From positions 6,359 to 70,358 of the forward strand of contig CAINOO010000101.1 of assembly GCA_903851535.1 (NCBI GenBank): a stretch of 64,000 nt of DNA. Direction: 5' to 3'. Positions within the stretch are counted from its first letter, which is position 1. Every line of letters begins with the position of its first letter. This document shows positions 61,057 through 64,000 of this stretch, piece after piece. The DNA comes from an uncultured Chlorobiaceae bacterium. GTDB lineage: Bacteria > Bacteroidota > Chlorobiia > Chlorobiales > Chlorobiaceae. Below the pieces are notes generated by a model. The model ran no database searches and had not been told where the DNA came from. It saw nothing but the letters and a program-made list of their open reading frames with translations. The translations under genes and the position numbers were made by a program.

Positions 61057-63234
61057 ATGCCAAAAAATAATTATACCATATTTCATACAAAGAAATCTTA
61101 TGAGGATATATCACACGCTTTTTATTTAACAATCCTTGATCGTCTTGATATAGGCCCATCTGTTCAAGTAAACATCCATTCAAAGCCTGAACAGGTTATA
61201 CCTCATGCTCGTCTTCGGCATCTGCTTCAATGCAATGCAGCCATGTCAGCCTTGCTTCCCGGTATGTCAAACAGAATCGCGCTTGGTGATCAGGAGAATA
61301 TTCCATTTTCAATAACGTCATCAGCTCTTGTTGTCCTCTCGCCTGTTCTGCTTGAAGATTCTGAGGCAGCCGCAGCCATTGCACGATGGGCTATTGAAGC
61401 ATCATTTATTCGATCTGCAGTTCCTCATGTCCGAACATCACATCTTTGTTATCTTTTAAAGCATGGGGCGAAATTGATCGCAATGTTGCCATCTCGATCG
61501 CGCAAACTGGTTGAAGAGATATTGCCTCCGGCGTTTCTTGAGGAGAACAAAAAATGTATTGAGAGGCCTGATCACGAGCTTTTGCAATGGCAAGCAAGCC
61601 TTGTTGATGGAGCAGTTGTTGATGAGTACTCTCAATCATCAGTAGGATTCGGCGAACTTGAAACCCCGCTGGAGATGCTTCTCATTTCTGGAGGAGATAG
61701 CCGATTATGTCTTGACAAGACGACAAGCAAGAACGTTTATGGAGTGCCGCCACGACCACGACCAGAGGCTATTCACTTTTCCTCTTCTACCGCTTCGGCA
61801 ATCAGCGATTATGGTTTTTTTTACTGTGATCTTTTTCGTCGTGATCTTTTAGCCGCATATATAAACGATGATTTTTCTGTTGAGCAATTGCGAAAAAAAG
61901 TATCGGATGCAATTGGATCTGAAATTCTGGTTCTTCTAAATTTAGGGCCTGAAGATGCGGATATAGCCATTACACCATCAGGAACGGATACCGAGTTGCT
62001 GGCGGTACTGGTTTCCCGAAGTGGTGCACGAAAACGCCCTCTGTGTAATATCTTGATTGCGCCAGAAGAATCTGGCCAAGGGGTACTGTTAGCTGGTAGT
62101 GGTTGTTATTTTGACGACAATTCTCGAGCAAATGTACCAATCACAAAAGGAGTGCCTGTCTGGCCTGAAGGGCCCATTCCATTGCATAAAATTCAGATCA
62201 GGGATGAAAACGCTTTACCTCGATCAATGTCGGATATAGACGCCGATTTTTTAAAGACAGCATCTATTGCAATTGATAATGGATATCATGTTCTTGTGCA
62301 TCTCCTGCTGGCTTCAAAGACGGGCCTGAGTGCGCCGAGCCTCAGCGCAATTGAGCTGTTGGTGACGAGAATGCCTGGACGTGTTGATGTCGTCGTTGAT
62401 GCCTGCCAGATGCGAACGCCATTCAGGGAATTAGGGGGTCTTGTAAGGAAAGGGTGGATGGTTCAAATTTCCGGATCAAAGTTTCTTACTGGCCCTCCGT
62501 TTTCCGGGGCGCTTGTTGTTCCTGCGTCAATGCAACAAAGAGCAACTGCTGTGGGGGAAGCCCTTGTGCAGGCCCCTGGAATTGGGCATGCTTCAGACTG
62601 GACATGTCGCTGGTCTTCACACATGCCTGTTTCCGGATCATCGAGTGCTGGATTTGGGCCGCTTTTCCGCTGGCTGCCTGCACTTCTTGAGGCCCGGTTA
62701 TTATCCTCGTTATCAAATAACTTCCGGCGAGAAGCCTTTTACCGTTTTCGAACAGCCCTCACACAATTTATTTCACAAAGCAAGTTCATAAAAATTGTTG
62801 AGACCGGGGGGATTTATCCTGAAGACGATACAGATGCACTTTCGCGTTTGACAATCACATCCTTTCAGGTGCTGGGCCTGCAAAATGACGGATCACTGTT
62901 GCCTTTAAATGCAGCATCTTGCAGAAAACTTTTTGAGTATCTCAACAAAGATGTCAGTGACGAAATACTTTTACCTGATGAAGCGACCAAAATCCTGGCC
63001 CGTCAGGAGGCCCACCTTGGGCAACCGGTTACTCTCAGTAAAGCAGACGGGCAGATTACCGCATTACGCATGGTAATTGGGGCCCGTTTTTTCAATATTC
63101 TTGGCAAGGTTGATCAGGGGTCATTTGAAGCTGCATTGGTATCAGAAATCTCTGATGCAAAACGTGCTATAAAAAAAATAGAGTTACTGGCCGCTTATTG
63201 GCCCTGTTTTGAAAAAAAAGAAAATCCTTCGTGA
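61057..63234 (+). CDS. Large PLP-dependent (fold type I, class V-like) protein with N-terminal extension
   Basis: PSGTDTE, VVVDACQ (PLP Asp), ISGSKFLTGPPFSGAL (Lys codon at 62479). Confidence 0.7.
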   Translation: MPKNNYTIFHTKKSYEDISHAFYLTILDRLDIGPSVQVNIHSKPEQVIPHARLRHLLQCNAAMSALLPGMSNRIALGDQENIPFSITSSALVVLSPVLLEDSEAAAAIARWAIEASFIRSAVPHVRTSHLCYLLKHGAKLIAMLPSRSRKLVEEILPPAFLEENKKCIERPDHELLQWQASLVDGAVVDEYSQSSVGFGELETPLEMLLISGGDSRLCLDKTTSKNVYGVPPRPRPEAIHFSSSTASAISDYGFFYCDLFRRDLLAAYINDDFSVEQLRKKVSDAIGSEILVLLNLGPEDADIAITPSGTDTELLAVLVSRSGARKRPLCNILIAPEESGQGVLLAGSGCYFDDNSRANVPITKGVPVWPEGPIPLHKIQIRDENALPRSMSDIDADFLKTASIAIDNGYHVLVHLLLASKTGLSAPSLSAIELLVTRMPGRVDVVVDACQMRTPFRELGGLVRKGWMVQISGSKFLTGPPFSGALVVPASMQQRATAVGEALVQAPGIGHASDWTCRWSSHMPVSGSSSAGFGPLFRWLPALLEARLLSSLSNNFRREAFYRFRTALTQFISQSKFIKIVETGGIYPEDDTDALSRLTITSFQVLGLQNDGSLLPLNAASCRKLFEYLNKDVSDEILLPDEATKILARQEAHLGQPVTLSKADGQITALRMVIGARFFNILGKVDQGSFEAALVSEISDAKRAIKKIELLAAYWPCFEKKENPS

Positions 63235-63238
63235 TCTC

Positions 63239-64000
63239 ATGGATAATCGCCCTGTAGAGAATTACATGCCATCCCCCCTGGATCCAGCAGATTGGGGTGA
63301 TTTTCGAAAGCACGCTCATCGTTTGCTTGATACTTGCATTGATCACCTCAGTGAAGCACGTGATCACCCATGGTGCCATCCTGTTGATGCTGATTGCGAT
63401 GCGGTGATGTTAGGTTCAGCCACTGAAGGTGTCGGCTATGCAGAGGTGGTCGATGAACTTGCTCGCAATATTCTGCCTTTTGGTACCGGTAATACCCATC
63501 CCCGCTTTTTTGGCTGGGTGCATGGCAGTGGTCTTGCCAGTGGAATCCTTTCTGAAATCGTAGCTGCTACGATGAACAGTAATTGTGGCGGTCGTGATCA
63601 TGGAGCGGTCTATGTTGAACGGGAAGTCATGGATTGGTGTCGTCGCTGTTTCGGTTTTCCGGAAGGGGCCAGCGGCCTTCTCGTTTCAGGGACATCCCAG
63701 GCAACCATAATTGCTTTTGCTGTTGCTCGCACCAAAGTTCTTGGGATCGAATCTCGTTACACTGGCATTCAGGAATTTCCAAAATTGGCTGCGTATGCTG
63801 CTTCGGGAGTACACAGTTCAACGAGCAAAGCTCTTGAACTGTTGGGGTTGGGGGCAGCCTCACTCAGAACTATTCCGCTTGATTCTGATGGCGGTATTGA
63901 CATTCAGCATCTCAAACAGGTCGTCGCCAGAGATCGAACTGTCGGAATACAACCATTCTGTGTAATCGGTACCGCAGGATCAGTGGAATCAGGTTTTTTC
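63239..64000 (+). CDS. Group II PLP-dependent amino-acid decarboxylase (AADC/DABA-DC-like), 3' end outside the window
   Basis: Not in the ORF track because it has no stop in the window. Manual translation gives MDNRPV...LDPADW...HPRFFGWVHG...NCGGRDHGAVYVEREV...GLLVSGTSQA...HSS...GTAGSV. Confidence 0.88.
   Translation, partial: MDNRPVENYMPSPLDPADWGDFRKHAHRLLDTCIDHLSEARDHPWCHPVDADCDAVMLGSATEGVGYAEVVDELARNILPFGTGNTHPRFFGWVHGSGLASGILSEIVAATMNSNCGGRDHGAVYVEREVMDWCRRCFGFPEGASGLLVSGTSQATIIAFAVARTKVLGIESRYTGIQEFPKLAAYAASGVHSSTSKALELLGLGAASLRTIPLDSDGGIDIQHLKQVVARDRTVGIQPFCVIGTAGSVESGFF

Overview
Chromosomal window from a bacterium, most likely a green sulfur bacterium (Chlorobiaceae). This placement is inferred from gene content and protein style, not from a database search. 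The backbone is housekeeping and metabolic: recA-dusB-asd, comEA/alr, rpsU-aroA, lptB, a group 3b [NiFe] sulfhydrogenase operon, a 5S/12S/1.3S transcarboxylase-like operon, and gnd-zwf-pgl. Four accessory patches interrupt it. (i) An AlwI-family type IIS restriction-modification locus at the left edge. (ii) A solitary AAA-ATPase/PD-(D/E)XK gene preceded by a 53-bp palindromic tandem repeat. (iii) An AT-rich, decaying patch at 18.8-23.6 kb with a 130-bp duplication, a DUF1566-type gene whose 3' end looks like a DGR variable region, a broken autotransporter and an AT-rich methyltransferase. (iv) The best candidate for an undescribed system: an AT-richer biosynthetic cluster from about 50.4 kb that runs off the right edge. 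It encodes AcpS, DH, a half-size KS partner, ACP, KS, KR, a FabL-like ER, a type III PKS-fold enzyme that keeps Cys but lacks the His/Asn of the triad, a LolD/LolE/LolA-like/OM-barrel export module, and two PLP enzymes. Also notable are a cystathionine beta-synthase-like protein lacking its PLP lysine, and a 5S transcarboxylase gene that appears to start at ATA. No tRNA, rRNA, CRISPR array, integrase or transposase was recognised.
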